This document shows, in pieces, positions 27,166 through 43,776 of a DNA stretch of 64,000 bases. Source of the DNA: the human T2T-CHM13v2.0 reference genome, Homo sapiens; NCBI RefSeq assembly GCF_009914755.1, contig NC_060925.1. The stretch is one strand, 5' to 3'. How positions within the stretch are numbered: position 1 is the stretch's first letter; every line of letters begins with the position of its first letter. Position numbers and translations under genes: made by a program. The notes beneath the pieces were generated by a model that was given only the letters and a program-made list of their open reading frames with translations, was not told the DNA's origin and searched no databases.

Positions 27166-28809
27166 GTGCTGTTTCCACATCATAGTATATCCTGGAGCTC
27201 TTTTCAGATCAATACATACGGATCTATCTCATTTTCTTTTAAACATCTGGTTTCATAGATTCTATCATTTGGATGTACCATCATTTCTTCAACCAGTCCC
27301 CTGTGGGTAGACAATTCATTTCCTCCTTCCTCAATTATAAGAACACTCCAATTAGCATCCTTGTACAAATATATTAGCAAACTCTTGTGAATGTCCGTAG
27401 AATAAAGTCTTACCATTGGGATTCTTAAGTACATACATCTTAATTTTATAGACATTGCCTAATCAATAACTTCATTTTAAAGAACAACTACTCCAAGGAG
27501 CAAAACAGTTTCCCTGACTTAATTCCTCCCTTGAAGGAAGGTGAAAAGGATTTACCTGACATTGTAACAGAGTCCCTTTATGACCAAAAACAAGATTAAC
27601 TGGGTATGAATACAGATTGGGTGAATAAGAGAGAGGTGGATTGGATAAGGAAGAATAAAGAAAATTCTTTAGAATTTACAAAGGACTGTCATCTTAACCA
27701 CTGATATGAAGAAAGGTGGACAAAAGGGCTTAAAAGGCCTCTTATTCTCTATAACTTGGTTGTTCACCCTAGAGGGACTTTGTCGTTCATGAGTTAGTGA
27801 CATGTTGCATCTATAGACTCATCATACATCAGTGAGAGCCACCAAGCAGCTCAGAAAAGAAATGGAGGTTTAACCATGCGCTCTATGCTTTTACTGTATG
27901 TGCTAGGATTTTCTCAGAGATTCCATTATTGAATGTGTGTTTCACTTACCTACTGTAGCTCTACAATAAAGCAACATTATCTCTCATCCTTCTGTGGGTT
28001 GACTGGACTCAGCTGAGTGGTTCTCACTTGGGGTCTCCCATGTCATTGCAGTCATATGCGGGCTCTTGTTTCAAATGGAATTTCCCAAAGTAATTTGTAA
28101 CTTTCCCCCAGCCTCCTGTAGCTATTATTCTCCTGAAGACAGGAGGATGGAGGATTGGCCGTTAGTGTTTGGGTCACAAGAGACATACCTAACTCAAACT
28201 GACTTAAAGGAAAAGATGAATTTACTGGCTTAGGTAACTTCAGGAATACTTCAGGAGTACCTAGATCTAGCTGTTAAAATAATCTTATTAGGAATTTGTT
28301 TCTTTCCATCTCTCAAATTATTTTTTTCCTCTATTAGGTTCTTTCTCAAATAATGCCACCAAGTGCTCCAGGCTTAAGATTAACAACCTTGGGAAAAAGA
28401 AAACATCTCTCCCAGTGGCCTCAGCACCATCCTGAAGCTTTTATTGGACTGAGTGGGTCACATGTATATCTCTGAACAAATCTTCATGGCCAGGAGAAGG
28501 GGATGCACTGGCCAAGCCTGGGCATTTGGCCAACCTCTGGGTCTGGGAGATGGAATCAGCTTCCCCCTAATTGTATGAACTGATATTAAGAGTGAATTAC
28601 TTAGTAAAATGAATGTGGAAGAAGGGAGACTGTAGGCAAAGACAAAAGATGTCTACCTATAAGGTCCTTACCTGGGACTGGTGTGACAATGCTTGGGAAC
28701 AAGTCACGCTTTGGGTGAACCTGTGGTTCAATTGGCTTTTGAATCCTCAGCTGTGATTAGGAGAACACTGAGACTTTTTCACCTTTGACAGTGGTCAGTA
28801 GATATATAG

Positions 28810-30370
<1,561 letters not shown>

Positions 30371-30699
30371 TTCTTTTATTCATTAAATTATCTAGTATTT
30401 ATTGAGCATTGGCTCTGCCATTTATTAGCTGAAAGGCCCTGGGCCAGTTATTTAAATCACCAATGCCTTAATTATCTTATCTGTAAAATGGAGATAATAA
30501 CCTCCCATACCTTACATAGCTGATGTTGAAATTAAATCAGATAATAAACCTAAGTTACTTAGAATGGTTCCTGGCAGGTAATAAATGCTCAGTAAATATA
30601 AACTATAAACCCCAATTGAACTATTTAGTGCTTATTTTTCTCAGTTAACACTACTTTCCCTCCTTTTCTGGTTACTGGGTCCAAACCTCCTGCAGTGTT

Positions 30700-31370
<671 letters not shown>

Positions 31371-31983
31371 CATTTTGTTCTCCTTTGGCCTCTTCTGATG
31401 ACTGCTGGCAGGTGCACCCCTCTCCAGCTATGCAGGACTCCCTCGGGATCGTCACCAGTTCACATGAGGATCTAGAGCCTTCTCTTTGCCTTCCTCACTT
31501 TGGTTATTTGTGGTTTTAGCATTTTGATGGCATTTTTTGGGCTTCCCTGCCATCCCTTCTGTCAGGTTTTAAAGCTCTTCCTGGCAGGTGCCTGCAGCCA
31601 GCCCCCTGAAGGATTAGTGACAGCTGCCGGCAGCCGGCCTGCTACGGGGAGGCACTGTGTAATCTGCCTTTGTTGGCCTAGGCCTGTTGTCAGCCAGCCC
31701 TGGGGTGACTGCACTGAGATTTCATAAGAGGGAAACATAACTTTGTCCTCTCTCTCTCTCTCCCCCCCCGCCACTCCCCAGTCACTCTCTCCCTCTCTCC
31801 CTCTCTCTCTCTAGTATTAGGATTCAGTGGGTTATTTCCCCACCTCTTCCCTTGCAAATTTTTTTCATATAAATGGATTCAGTATCTGAGCATTTTTCCT
31901 CTCCAAATTCCCTAATCTGCAATACACATACCTTTCTCCAGACATAACAATGTGTGTAATTATGTTATCCAAAAAAAGAGAAA

Positions 31984-32382
31984 GGGCCACGTGCAGTGGC
32001 TCCTGCCTGTAATCCCAGTACTTTGGGAGGCTGAGGCAGGTACATCACTTGAGCCTAAAAGTTTGAGACCAGCCTGGGCAACATGATGAAACTCTGTCCC
32101 TATAAAAAATACAAAAATTAGCCAGGTGTGGTGGCATGCACCTGTGGTCCTAGCTACTTGGGAGGTTGAAGTTGAAGAAACGCTTGCGCACAGGAGATCA
32201 AGGCTGCAGTGAGCCAAGATTGTGCCACTGCACTCCTGGCTGGGCGACAGAGTGACAGCCTGTCTCTGAAGAAGGAGAATGAGAATGAGGAGGAGGAGGA
32301 GGAGGCGGAGGAGAAGGAGAAGAAGAACAAGAAGAAGAAGAACAACAATAAGAAGAAGAAGGAGGAGGAGGAAGAGGAGGAG
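31984..32382 (+). mobile_element. AluJ whose tail is a (GAG/GAA)n purine tract (32268-32382)
   Basis: Alu dimer followed directly by GAG/GAA/AAC triplets instead of poly(A). Confidence 0.9.
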
Positions 32383-33069
32383 ATTCCTTTCTTCTCCCAT
32401 CTCCTCACTCCTCCATACTTTTAAGCCCACCTCAGGGTCACCATAATACCCAACTCTAGGGGAAACTATTTGTATGGTTTGCATGATAAACGGTGACCTT
32501 CTTGAATTGTGCAACACGGCAGCACAGCCTGACTCTCTATAGCTTGATCATCCTGCTCTCCATCCCATCTCTTCTTGCAGGCTCTTAATTCTTGATAGAT
32601 GAAAATGTTGCTGGCTTGGAACATCACACTAAAGTACTAGATATGGGTGGGCTGTTAGCGGGACAAAAACATCTTGCTGACACAGAGGATACTGTCTGAA
32701 GAAGACAGCACTCAGGAATGCCTAGTGATTGGCATGATGCTCGGGCTGGCAAGAGGGGGCCCAGGTGTGCCTCATAGTGTGCTTGTGTGGCATTCACCAC
32801 GGAGGAAAGGCAGCCAGCACTCACTGAGGACCCACATCAGCCCAGGCCTATACCTGAGCTTTCTCATGCTCTCTCACTTACTCTTCAATAGGCCCCATAG
32901 AGATGAGGACACAAAGGCTCAGAGAGATTTAGCCAGCCCCCAGAGTTGGTGAGTTGCAGAGGTAGGAGTCAAATCCAGGCTGTGTGGCTCTTACCCTCCA
33001 CATGACAAGGCTACCCAGCAGGAGGAATATAGAAAAAAAAAACCCAGAAATAACTATAAATAGGGTTGA

Positions 33070-33525
<456 letters not shown>

Positions 33526-33560
33526 TGAAGAGCTAGATTTAAAACAAATTTTTTTTTGTG

Positions 33561-33991
33561 TGTATTAGGTTCCTAGAGATGCAGTAATGAATTACCACAA
33601 ACTGGGAGGCTGGAAACAACAGCAATGTATCCCCTCACATTCTGGAGGCTAGAAACTCAAAATGAAGGACTGTGCTCCCTCTGAAGCCTCCAGGGAAGAA
33701 TGCTCCTTGCCTCTCACTAGCTTCTGGTGGCTCCAATAATCCTTCCCGTTTCTGAGCTTGCAGCTGCATCACTCCAATCTCTGCCTTCATTGTCACGCGG
33801 CCTTCTTCCCAGGGTGTTTCCCCATGTGTCCTCTCCTTTTCTTGTAAGGACACCATTGGATTTAGGTCCCTCTCTAATCTAGTATAATCTCATCTTAACT
33901 GATGACATCTGCAACTACCCTATTTCCAAATAGGTCACATTTGAGGTTTTGGGTGGTCATGAATTTTGGGGAGACATATTCAACCCACCAC
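33561..33991 (-). mobile_element. MaLR solo LTR, MLT1C-like
   Basis: 'tgtattaggttcctag...cacattctggaggctagaa...tattcaacccaccaca'. Confidence 0.85.
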
Positions 33992-34115
33992 ACCTTGCTT
34001 CCCAATTCTGCTCCAAGCCAGCCCAGGCTAGAGTCTAAAGCCCAGCACTGCCTCACTTTCAGATTGATTTCTGTAGAAATATCAGCTCAGTAGCAGTTCA
34101 TCCCAGTCTACAGAT

Positions 34116-34580
34116 GTATTTTATAAATTTATAAATTTTTAAATTGAGCCATGTGGTAGGAAAACATTATTAAGGGAATGGAGGTCTCTCGGGGCTTGAA
34201 TTTCTGAAAGTGCTTCTCGGTGCCAGCAGCCTTGACCCCTCAGCATGTAGAAGCAACAGATGGTCTTTCTTGCTCAGGAGCTGGCCCTTACCACCTGTCA
34301 TTATGTCTCCAATCTGGACATCCCTGTAATGGTGTCGATGCCAACCATGTCCCTAAGGTGCCTCATGGCGTGCTTGTGTGGCACTCATCCTGGAGGAAGA
34401 TGATGGTCTGAGCATCTTCATCCTGGTCATCACCCAGGCAGGCCCTGCATGAATAGTAACATTACAGTGATGAGACATTTCTTGCCATTGTAGGCGGCCT
34501 GGATGTCAACTCAGGGTGTGCTGACACCTAGGCCAGTGTTCTCGGAGTCCATGCCAGTGTGTTCTTGTCCTGATGCTCCA
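34116..34580 (-). pseudogene. RPS11 (pseudogene): Highly diverged processed pseudogene of ribosomal protein S11 (uS17)
   Basis: Minus-strand blocks vs recalled human RPS11: 34543-34475 ENTGLGVSTP*VDIQAAYNGKKC ~ [30 protein letters not shown] ~ VVTKMKM; 34325-34269 RDVQIGDIMTGGKGQLLSK (13/19 identical); 34233-34198 KAAGTEKHFQKF (10/12). Colinear, intronless, with a stop and frameshifts; A-rich remnant at 34116-34145. Confidence 0.9.
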
Positions 34581-35555
34581 TCTGATTGTCTACAGACTTC
34601 TCTGCTGCCTTCAAATTCCAGGAATCCTGCACGCCAACAGTCAGCTCTGCCACACTTCTGTCTCCCTGCACAATGAAGGTATGCACCTACACCCAGCTCT
34701 TCACCTACGCCCACTGCTCGCCTCTCCTCCTGGGCATTTCCATTTGCCACTCTCGCCACCTCCTGCTTGGGCCTCCAGGGGCTGCCTGTTCATCACACCT
34801 GGCCCTCATGACTTTCCCTAGCCATTCCCAGGTGAAGATGCCACCCATCGCAGTCCCATGCTGGAGATGCCAGGATAAAACGGGCAATGGAGTGGACCCA
34901 GAGAACTCTGCTCCTCCCCAACCCAGAAGCTACCAAGCAACAGTGAGCGGAAGCCCCTGGCTGCATAGGTGGAGGCCAGGTAGACCACTCCTCACCCCAT
35001 CCCAAAGAACAGGAAATGAACTGTGAGGCCCCTAGGCCCAGCCAGGGAGGAATGCTGCACATAGGCCTGTGGTATGGATGCAGCCACACAAGTTTCTTTC
35101 AGAAGGAGAGGGTGGGAACAGGGGTGGCAGTCAACGCAATCTTCTCATAACTCCCAAGTGTTTTGCTAGAACAAAGAGCTAACCTCCAGCCTCAAGTCTC
35201 TCTGCAGGGCACTTAGTTCCTTCTCACTGCAGAATCAGCAGCCCCGGAATCTGCCCAGGCTCCCCTCTTCAGCCACCCACTTTTATTTTTCTCTGCGGTA
35301 CTTCCATCTGCTGATGTTGCCCGACATGCAATGTGCCATAAAACAGATTTGACAATTTGTTTATTGTCTATCTTCCCACTAGAATATATGCTCCTGGAAG
35401 GTGGGGCTCCTGCCCCAGAGCCTAGAACAGTGCCTGTCCAAGCTGAAGTGGCACTTAGGCAAAGTCATTGAATGAATTGCATGAGAGGGAAGCAGCCCAG
35501 TCCTGTCAAATGAGCTGGAAGAGACAGACTTCAGAGACAGTCTAATCTTTTTCTC

Positions 35556-36014
35556 TGTTAACATAAATAGCAAACAAGGAGAGTCTCTTTAAAAGAAAAA
35601 GATATTTACCTGGGAATAGAGCATTGTATTGGGAATATGCATATCATAGTAAACTATGTACATGTTCAGGGAGGTAAAGGAAGACAGATTTTTAAAGAAA
35701 GAAAGAGAAGGATTACATATTTGTTTTGACATAATTATCCTTGGCTCCAAAGATCAATAACAAGGGTGATGCCAGTCTAGGCTTGGATAGGCAGTGGCTG
35801 GGCAGATGTCTTTGCAGAAGTCTTTTTTGTGTAAGGCTGCAACGGCCTTTGTGCGAGGTCATGGTTTTTACAGAGTCTTGTGTGACAGTTTTTGTTATCA
35901 GGCTTACACGTATGAGAACTCTCTCTTCATGGCCTTTCCCAGCTCCATTTGTCAGGGTTCTTTCTTTCTTTTTTTAACATTAGTGACTCCATTTTGATTT
36001 TGACAACTTTCACA
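35556..36014 (-). mobile_element. ERV1 solo LTR, MER65A-like
   Basis: Minus strand starts TGTGAAAGTTGTCAAAATCAAAATGGAGTCACTAATG and ends ..TTAACA. Confidence 0.85.
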
Positions 36015-36269
36015 ACCCTAATTTTTCCTGGAAGGAAACTGGGAGCAGTCCAGAGATTCTAAATAACTCCTCGGATTTGACACTGGAACTGGGTTTTGCA
36101 TTGTTTTCAAGAAACTTAAGACACACTGCCCCATTTGCCCTTCCCACACACTCTGAGGGATGTGATGATGGTGGGAGCAGAAGCTTAAAGAGGCTAAGTT
36201 GCTCAGATGACACAGGCAAAATTTAAGCTCAGATTTGTGTGACTCCAAAACTACAGCTTTTTAATAATT

Positions 36270-36452
36270 AGGTTGAGGATAACAAATACATTTCGTTTCA
36301 ACAGCCAAGTGCAGTTAACTGGGATGTGACTCAGGGCCACCATTTTGAGGAGTCTGAGGCTCCTCAGGTTCAGTAGATAAGAGTGCATGATTGATTAGCA
36401 ATGTCTGCCACCGGCACAGGGTGGGGAATGACAGCGTTCTGCCATCCCTGCC
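36270..36452 (+). mobile_element. MER102-like hAT-Charlie fragment
   Basis: 'gattgattagcaatgtctgcca...tgccatccctg'; orientation uncertain. Confidence 0.6.
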
Positions 36453-36629
36453 ACTAGGCAATGATGCAATATTAGGTTCCTTATCTTAGACTCTTTGTCC
36501 CTCACCTTACTGCTTCTGAGGCCAATATTCCTATGGTTCCTGCCTCAGCAATGAGAAGCCTATGACAAAGCTACCAAACACTGTCAAGTTGGAGGTGAGC
36601 AGAGCATGACTTCATTAGTAAGAAATGGA

Positions 36630-36845
36630 AAGACTATACTTTCAGGGATCATTTATATGATTTGTGGCTACAGAAGTTTCTCAGCGTGAGGAGCCCCAGA
36701 AACCATGAGGAGGAGACGCAGCATTCTCTGTGGCGCGTGAGGCCAGCTCTTGGTTTTACTTCGCTACAACTGCATTTGCCATTGGTGATCGTTCTTCTCT
36801 CATCTCAGGGAGAGTAGAAGGGAGAGAAGATGCAGCCTGAGTGAT
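36630..36845 (+). pseudogene. SNORD3/RNU3 (pseudogene): Full-length U3 snoRNA retrocopy
   Basis: Starts AAGACTATACTTTCAGGGATCATTT (U3 5' end, box A'/A); box B-like GCGTGAGGC, mutated box C TTGGTGATCG, box D CTGAG; A-rich tail 36862-36881; degenerate TSD AAGAAATGGA/AAGAAACTGA; no recognisable PSE upstream. Confidence 0.93.
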
Positions 36846-37919
36846 TCCTGTTTCAACATTTAAAAAGAAGAAAGAAAGAAACTGAATGCACATTTGGTCA
36901 TTCCAGAATCCTTTGCCCATGACTCAGGGCTTAGTATCACCTTTGTGTAGGAAGGACACCAATATATTAAGTGTAGGGGAACAGATAATCCAAAATTATT
37001 TATATCTGTTTTTGGAAGCATCACATGACCTAGAGTGGCAGAGTTATCTCAATAACTATGTTTACTTGGGGTTATGTTATCCTCTCAGAGTTCACACTGA
37101 GAGCGGGGAAGACAGCCTTGACATGTGCTTTGTGATGGTGGGACTGAAGACAGCAGCTGAAGGAAACATTTGCTGCCAGTGATACATAAAGCAGAGACTC
37201 CATTTTGTCCAGAATAGAGTATGAGCTGTGTATAGAAGGTCTGACCACTCCATGTTTGGGGATCCATGAATCAAGTCAGGGAACCCAGAAAATATTATTG
37301 AGTCATGAGCTAAGCCCTATAAAATGCCTTGTATCACACACAATAACAGATATTTCAATTTTCTCCCATCTGCTGGGATATGTTCTGCAGGATGCTATGT
37401 AATATGGGGTCTGGATGTGGACCCTGAGCTCAAGGAAACTATGCCCCAGCTCAGGAGACAAGACTCCTCTTACCAAGACACAACCTGCCCCGATGCCTCG
37501 ATACTTTGTCTCCCTTCCTTCCCTATGAAGCAGCCTATCTTTATGCCAAATGCACGGGAATTCCTTGTAATTCCTCTGATATTTTGTATTGTTTTCACCT
37601 CTGTGCCTTTGCTACTGTTCCCAGACTACCTTGCAAATAGCTCCTCAGGGTTTTGATTTTTGTCTCTGCCCCTCACCAGCTATGAGGTCCTGGAAAAGTT
37701 ACTTAACTGCCTCTATGCCTCTGTTTCCTCCTCTTAAAGTGGGGATGACAACAGTTTTACCTCCTAGGGTTGTTGTAAAAATTAAATGAGTTATCACATA
37801 TTAAAGCACTTAGAAGCACACTTAGCACTTAGAAGGATTAGACAAGAGTTAATAATTAGTATCATCACTCACCCTTCAAGACTCAACTTGAACGTTATCT
37901 CTACCAAGAAGCATTGCAA

Positions 37920-38650
37920 AAATTACCACAAACAAAGTCAAAAGACAAAAGATTACCTGGAAAAGAGGTTTGCAATACATATGACAAAGGACTGACTGGT
38001 TTCCTTAATTTATGGGGAACAAGTACAAATCTGTAGGAAGACAAGAGTTCAATAGAAAACCGCCCAGCTGTCAGGAACATGCAGTTCACCGAGAAAGAAA
38101 TACAAGTGGCCAATAAGCAAGAAAAGATGCTTAATTTCACTCATAATTATGCAAGTCAAAATAGTAACAAGAAGCCATTTTTTTTTGCGTATCAGATTGG
38201 CAAAAGTTTTAAAGTTTGATGATACCCAGTGTTGGCAATGGAGAAATTAACCATTTGCATATACTCTTGAAGAAAGTATAGATTTCTGCAGCCCTTTCAG
38301 CAAGCATTTTGGAAATATTTATCAAAACCAGAAATGCACATTTCCTCAAATGCAGCAATTCTCCTTCTGTTTATTGATATCCTCACAAAAGAATATATGT
38401 CAATATATGTCATACTATATTCTAGGGTTCTAAAACTGTGCCTGGCACATAGCGATTGCTCAATAAATAGTTGTTTTATAAATAAATTAACCAAAATGTT
38501 CATTGTAGCAATGTTGGTAATAGACAAAAACAAAAAACAACCTGAATGTCCAGCAACAGGGGAGATTTTAAATAAATCTTGCACACTCATACTATGGAGA
38601 ATTCTGTAGCTGTTGCGACCAATATCATATATCTGTATATTCTGATTTAA
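37920..38650 (+). mobile_element. L1ME-type fragment with an embedded L2 3' end
   Basis: 'aaagatgcttaatttcactcata', 'cagcaattctccttctg', 'atgttcattgtagcaatg'. Confidence 0.65.
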
Positions 38651-38684
38651 GAAGACTTCTTTTGTTATTGTTGTTTTGTTTTTA

Positions 38685-41600
38685 AATTTTTTAGATTGAC
38701 AAATAATAATTGTACATATTCAATATCATGATTTTCTTTTATTTGGATTTTATTTTATTTTTTCCTTTAATGGGATTGTTGGATCATGTGGCAGTTCTAT
38801 TTGTAGTTTTTTAAGGAACCTCCATACTGTTCTCCATGGTGGCTGTACTAGTTTACATTCCCACCAACAATGTATAGGAGTTCCCTTTTCTCTGTATCCC
38901 CACCAGCAGTTGTTATTTTTTATCTTTTTGATAATAGATATCCCATCTGGGGTAAGGTGATATCTCATTGTGGTTTTGATTTGCATTTCCCTGATAATTA
39001 ATGATGTTGAGCATTTTCCATGTATTTGTTGGCCAATTGTATGTCTTCTTTTGAGAAATGTCTATTCAAATTTTTCACCCATTTTTCAATTTGATGGTTT
39101 ATTTTTTTCCTGTTGAGATGATTGAGTTCCTTGCATATTCTGGATGTTAATCCCCTGTTGGATGAGTAGTTTGCATATATTTTCTCATATTCTGTAGGTT
39201 GTCTTCTTACTCTGTTGATTGTTTCCTTTGCTGTGTAGAAGCTTTTTCATTTAGTATAATTTCATTTATTTTTCCTTGTGTTGCTTGTGCTTTTGAGGTC
39301 TTATTCATAAAATATTTTCCCAGACCAACAACCTGAAACACTTCCCCTGTGTTTCTTTCTAGAAGTTTTATTGTTTCAGGTCTTACATTTAGGTCTTTGA
39401 TCTATTTTGAGTTAATTTTTCTATAGGGTGAGAGGTGGGGGTGTAGTTTTATCCTTCTGCGTGTGGATATCCAGTTTTCCCAGCACTGCTTATTGAAGAG
39501 ACTGTCCTTTCTGCAATGATTGTTCTTGGCACCTTTGTCAAAAATCAGTTGCTTGATACATGTAAATTAATTTCTGGATTCTCTGTATTCCATTGGTCTG
39601 TGTACTTGTTTTTGTGCCAGTACTATGCTATTCTGGTTACTACAGCTTTGTAGTATATTTTGTTTTGTTTTTAAAAACTAATTTAAAAATTTTTTGTAAT
39701 AGAGACAGGGTCACACTATGTTGCCCAGGATGGTCTCAAACTCTTAGGATCAATTATCCCCCTGCCTTGGCCTCCCAAAGTATTGAAAGTACAGGCATGA
39801 GCCACTGCACCTGACCTAAAGTATATTTTGAGGTCTGGTAGTGATACCTCTGGCTTTATTCTTTTAGCCCAGGTTTGCTTTAGCTATCCTTTCCGAGTCC
39901 TTTGTGTTTCCATGCAAATTTAAAAAAAAAAATTTTTTTTCTATTTCTGTGAACAATGTCCTTGGTATTTTGATAGGGATGGTGTTGAATCTGTTGTCTG
40001 GGTAGTATTGTCATTTTAACAATATTAAGTCTTCCAATTCATGAGGATGGGATGTCTTTCTATTGTTCGTATCTTCTTAAATTTCTTTCATCCATGTTTT
40101 AATGTCTTCCTTGTAGAGATTTTTCAAGTCCTTGGTTAAATTTATTTGTAGGTATTTTATTTTTTGTAGCTATCATAAATGAGATTGTCTTCTTGATTTC
40201 TTTTTGAGCTAGCTCATTGTTCATGTATAAAAATGCCAGTGATTTTTGTATATTAATTTTGTATCCTGCAACTTTCCTAAATTCATTTATCAGTTCTGAG
40301 GTTTTTTTGAGAGTCTTTAGGTTTATATAATCATGTCATCTGTAAAGAGAGACAATTTGACTTCCTCTTTTCCAATTTGGATGTCCTTTATTTCTTTATC
40401 TTGCCTAATTGCTCTGGCTAAGGCTTCTAGTACTATGTTGACTAATAGTGATGAGCATTGTCATCCTTTTTTTTGTTCTAATTCTGAAAGCTTTTCCTCA
40501 TTCAGTAAGATGTTAGCTGTGAGTTTTTCATATATGGCCTTTATTATGTTCAGGTACTTTTTCTATACCAAATTTATTAAGAGTTTTTACCTTGTCTGTA
40601 TAAAGAATTAAAAAAAAAATTAGCCAGGCATAGTACCTTCCACCTGTAGTCTCAGCTACTCAGAAGGCTGAGGCAGGAGGATTGCTTGAGCCCAGGAGGT
40701 TGAGACTGCAGTGAGCCATGATTATGCCACTGCACTCAAGCCTAGGTGACAAAGCAAGACCCTGTCTCAAAAAAAGAAAGAAAAAGAAAAAAGAGTTTTT
40801 ATCATGAAGGGAGGTTGAATTTTATCAAAAGGTTTTCCTGCATCTGTTGAGATGATTATATTGCTTTTGTCCTTCATTTTATTGATGTGATGTATGACAT
40901 TTACTGATTTGTGTATGTTGAACAGTCCTCGCATTCCCGGGATAAATCCCACTTAATCATGGTGAATTATGTTTTTGATGTGTTGTTAGGCTTAGTTTGA
41001 TAGTATTTTGTTGAGAATTGTTGTGTCTATGTTTGTCAGGGATGTTGCAGTTTTCTCTTTTTGTTGTGTCCTTGTTGGTTTGGGCATCAGAATAATGCTG
41101 GCCTCATAGAATGAGAGAGGAAGAATTCCCTCTGCTTCAATATTTTGAAATAGCTTGAGAAGAATTAGTATTAATTCTTCTTTACAAGTTCAGTAGAATT
41201 CATCCAATCTTGAACTTTTTTATTGGAAGACTTTTCATTACTGGTTCAATCTCGTTACTTGTTATTGATCTATTCAGTTTTTCTATTTCTTCTTGGTTCA
41301 ATATTGGTAGGGCATATGTATGCAGGGATTTATCCATTTCCTCTAGGTTTCCAAATTTATTGGTGTATATTTGTTCATATTTGTCTCTAGTGATTCTTTG
41401 TATTTATTTGGTATCCATTGTGATGTCTCTCTTTGTTTCTAATTGTATTTATTTGGATCTTCTCTCTTTTTTCTTTATTAGTCTAGCTAACGGTTTGTGT
41501 ATTTTTTAATATTTAAAAAACATTTTTGTTTTATTGTCCTTTTTTTAGTCTTAATTTTGTTATTAATGTTAAGATCCTTATTATTTATTTTTTTCTGCTA

Positions 41601-42562
41601 ATTTTGGGCTTGGCTTGTTCTTGTTTTTCTAGTTCCTTGAAGTTTTTAGGTTGTTTATTTGAAATCTTTCTAGTTTTTTGATGTAGGCATTTATTGCTAT
41701 AAACTTATCTCAATACTGCTTTTGCTATGTTTCATAGATTTTGGTATGCTGTGTTCCTATTTTCATTTGTTTCAAGGAATTTTTTAATTTTATACTTAAA
41801 TTCTTCCTTCACCCATGGGTTATTCAAGAGTATGTTGTTTAATTTCCATGTATTTGTATACTTTTAAGTGTTCCTCTTGTTATTGACGTCATTTTACTTC
41901 ATTATGGTCAGATGAAATGCGTGATATGAGTTTGATTTTTAAAAAATTTTTGAGACTTGTTTTGTGTATTACCATATGGTCAGCCCTGGAGAGTGTTCCA
42001 TGTACCGATGAAAATAATGTGTATTCTGCAGCTGTTGGGTGAAATGTTCTGGAAATGTCTGTTAGGTCCATTTGGTCTATGGTGTGGTCTGAATCTGATG
42101 TTTCTTTGTTGATTTTCTGTCTAGATGGTATGTCCAATGCTGACAGTGGGGTGTTGACATCCCCAACTATTATTGTAATGGGGGTCTATCTCTTTCTTTA
42201 GATCTAATATTTGCTTTATGTATCTGGGTACTTCTCTGTTGGGTGCATATATATTTATAATTTGTATATTCTTTTGCTAAATTGGTCTCATTATTATATA
42301 TGTTCTTCGTCTTTTCATACAGCTATTAACTTGAAGTCTATTTTGTGTAATATAAGTATAGCTATTCCTGCTTACTTTTGGTTTCCATTTGCATGGAATA
42401 TCTTTTTTCCAGCCTTTCACTTTCAGCTGAGTGTTTTTACAGGTGAAGTGAGTTTCTTGGAGGTAGCATATAGTTGGGTCTTGTTGTTTTATCCATTCAG
42501 CCAGTCTCTAGCTTCTAAATGGAAAATATAGTTCATTTACATTCAAGGTTATTATTGATAAG
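38685..42562 (-). mobile_element. ~3.9-kb L1MA-type LINE (ORF2 region, most of 3' UTR deleted) with FLAM (39660-39815, -) and Alu right arm (40585-40790, +) insertions
   Basis: Minus ORFs give L1 ORF2 peptides: [13 protein letters not shown]..., [24 protein letters not shown]..., DQMDLTDISRTFHPTAAEYT... Confidence 0.92.
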
Positions 42563-43456
42563 TTAAGAAGACTTCTAATACATAAGGTAAAAAGAAAACA
42601 CCTAAAACATCAAAGTGCAGAATAATAAACATTGTACATGATCATTAGTGTCAATAAAAAATATATACATATAAATATTCAAATATTCTAGTATTGCATT
42701 TTTCTTTCCTGCAAAGATGACTTAGAAGTTGTTTTTATTTCCTTTGTAAAAAAAGAACTGGGGACAGGGAGGTGGTCAAAGAGAGAATTTTAGATTCATT
42801 TTATATTAATAGGTTTTTAGTTGAAATTTTTCTTCTTAAAATTTGTTTGTGGGGGAGTATACCTATATTGATTGTATTTTAAAATACAAATAAACAAATG
42901 CATTTTGTTTTCTAGTAGCTGATCAGGCTCTCCAAGATCTCCCCTGTATACCTCTCTGTCTCCTCTGGCCACCGCCTGCCTCTTACTTCATGCCCTGGCA
43001 GTGCTGATGAGCTGGCAGTTCCTATGCACCTGCCACCATGGCCCTCTTCCCAGGCCTTCGCTCTTGCTGTTTGGCTCCTCTGCTTTCAGTGTTCTCCTCT
43101 CTCCACTCTCCCTGTTATTTAAGGTCTTACTCCCATCCGGTACTGCCAAGCTAGTCTAGTGACCACTGCAGCGTCCCCATAATACTCTGCACACTTCTCT
43201 CTCCTTACACTCCATTGTCTTTGAATTGATGTATTGGGAAGGTGACAGCTGTAAGTGATCCTTAGCGCAGGTCTGTGCTTCACTCATCTTTGCAGTTTAA
43301 ACTGTCAGCATGGTGCTTCTTATGTAAAAGGCTTTCAATAAATGTTAGATAGATGGATCAGAGGAAAAAATATATTATCTGAAAAATTATGAAAAAAACA
43401 CTTTCTTAAACCCTTTGATGACTGACACTAGTATTCCTACATAAAACAAACTACTT

Positions 43457-43776
<320 letters not shown>

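Noticed and set aside
34586-35026. 146-aa plus-strand ORF
   Set aside because: No recognisable domain or gene context; the real homology nearby is the minus-strand RPS11 relic
36630-36845. Functional U3 snoRNA gene
   Set aside because: Box C is mutated, no PSE/DSE is seen upstream, and the A-rich tail and TSD indicate retroposition
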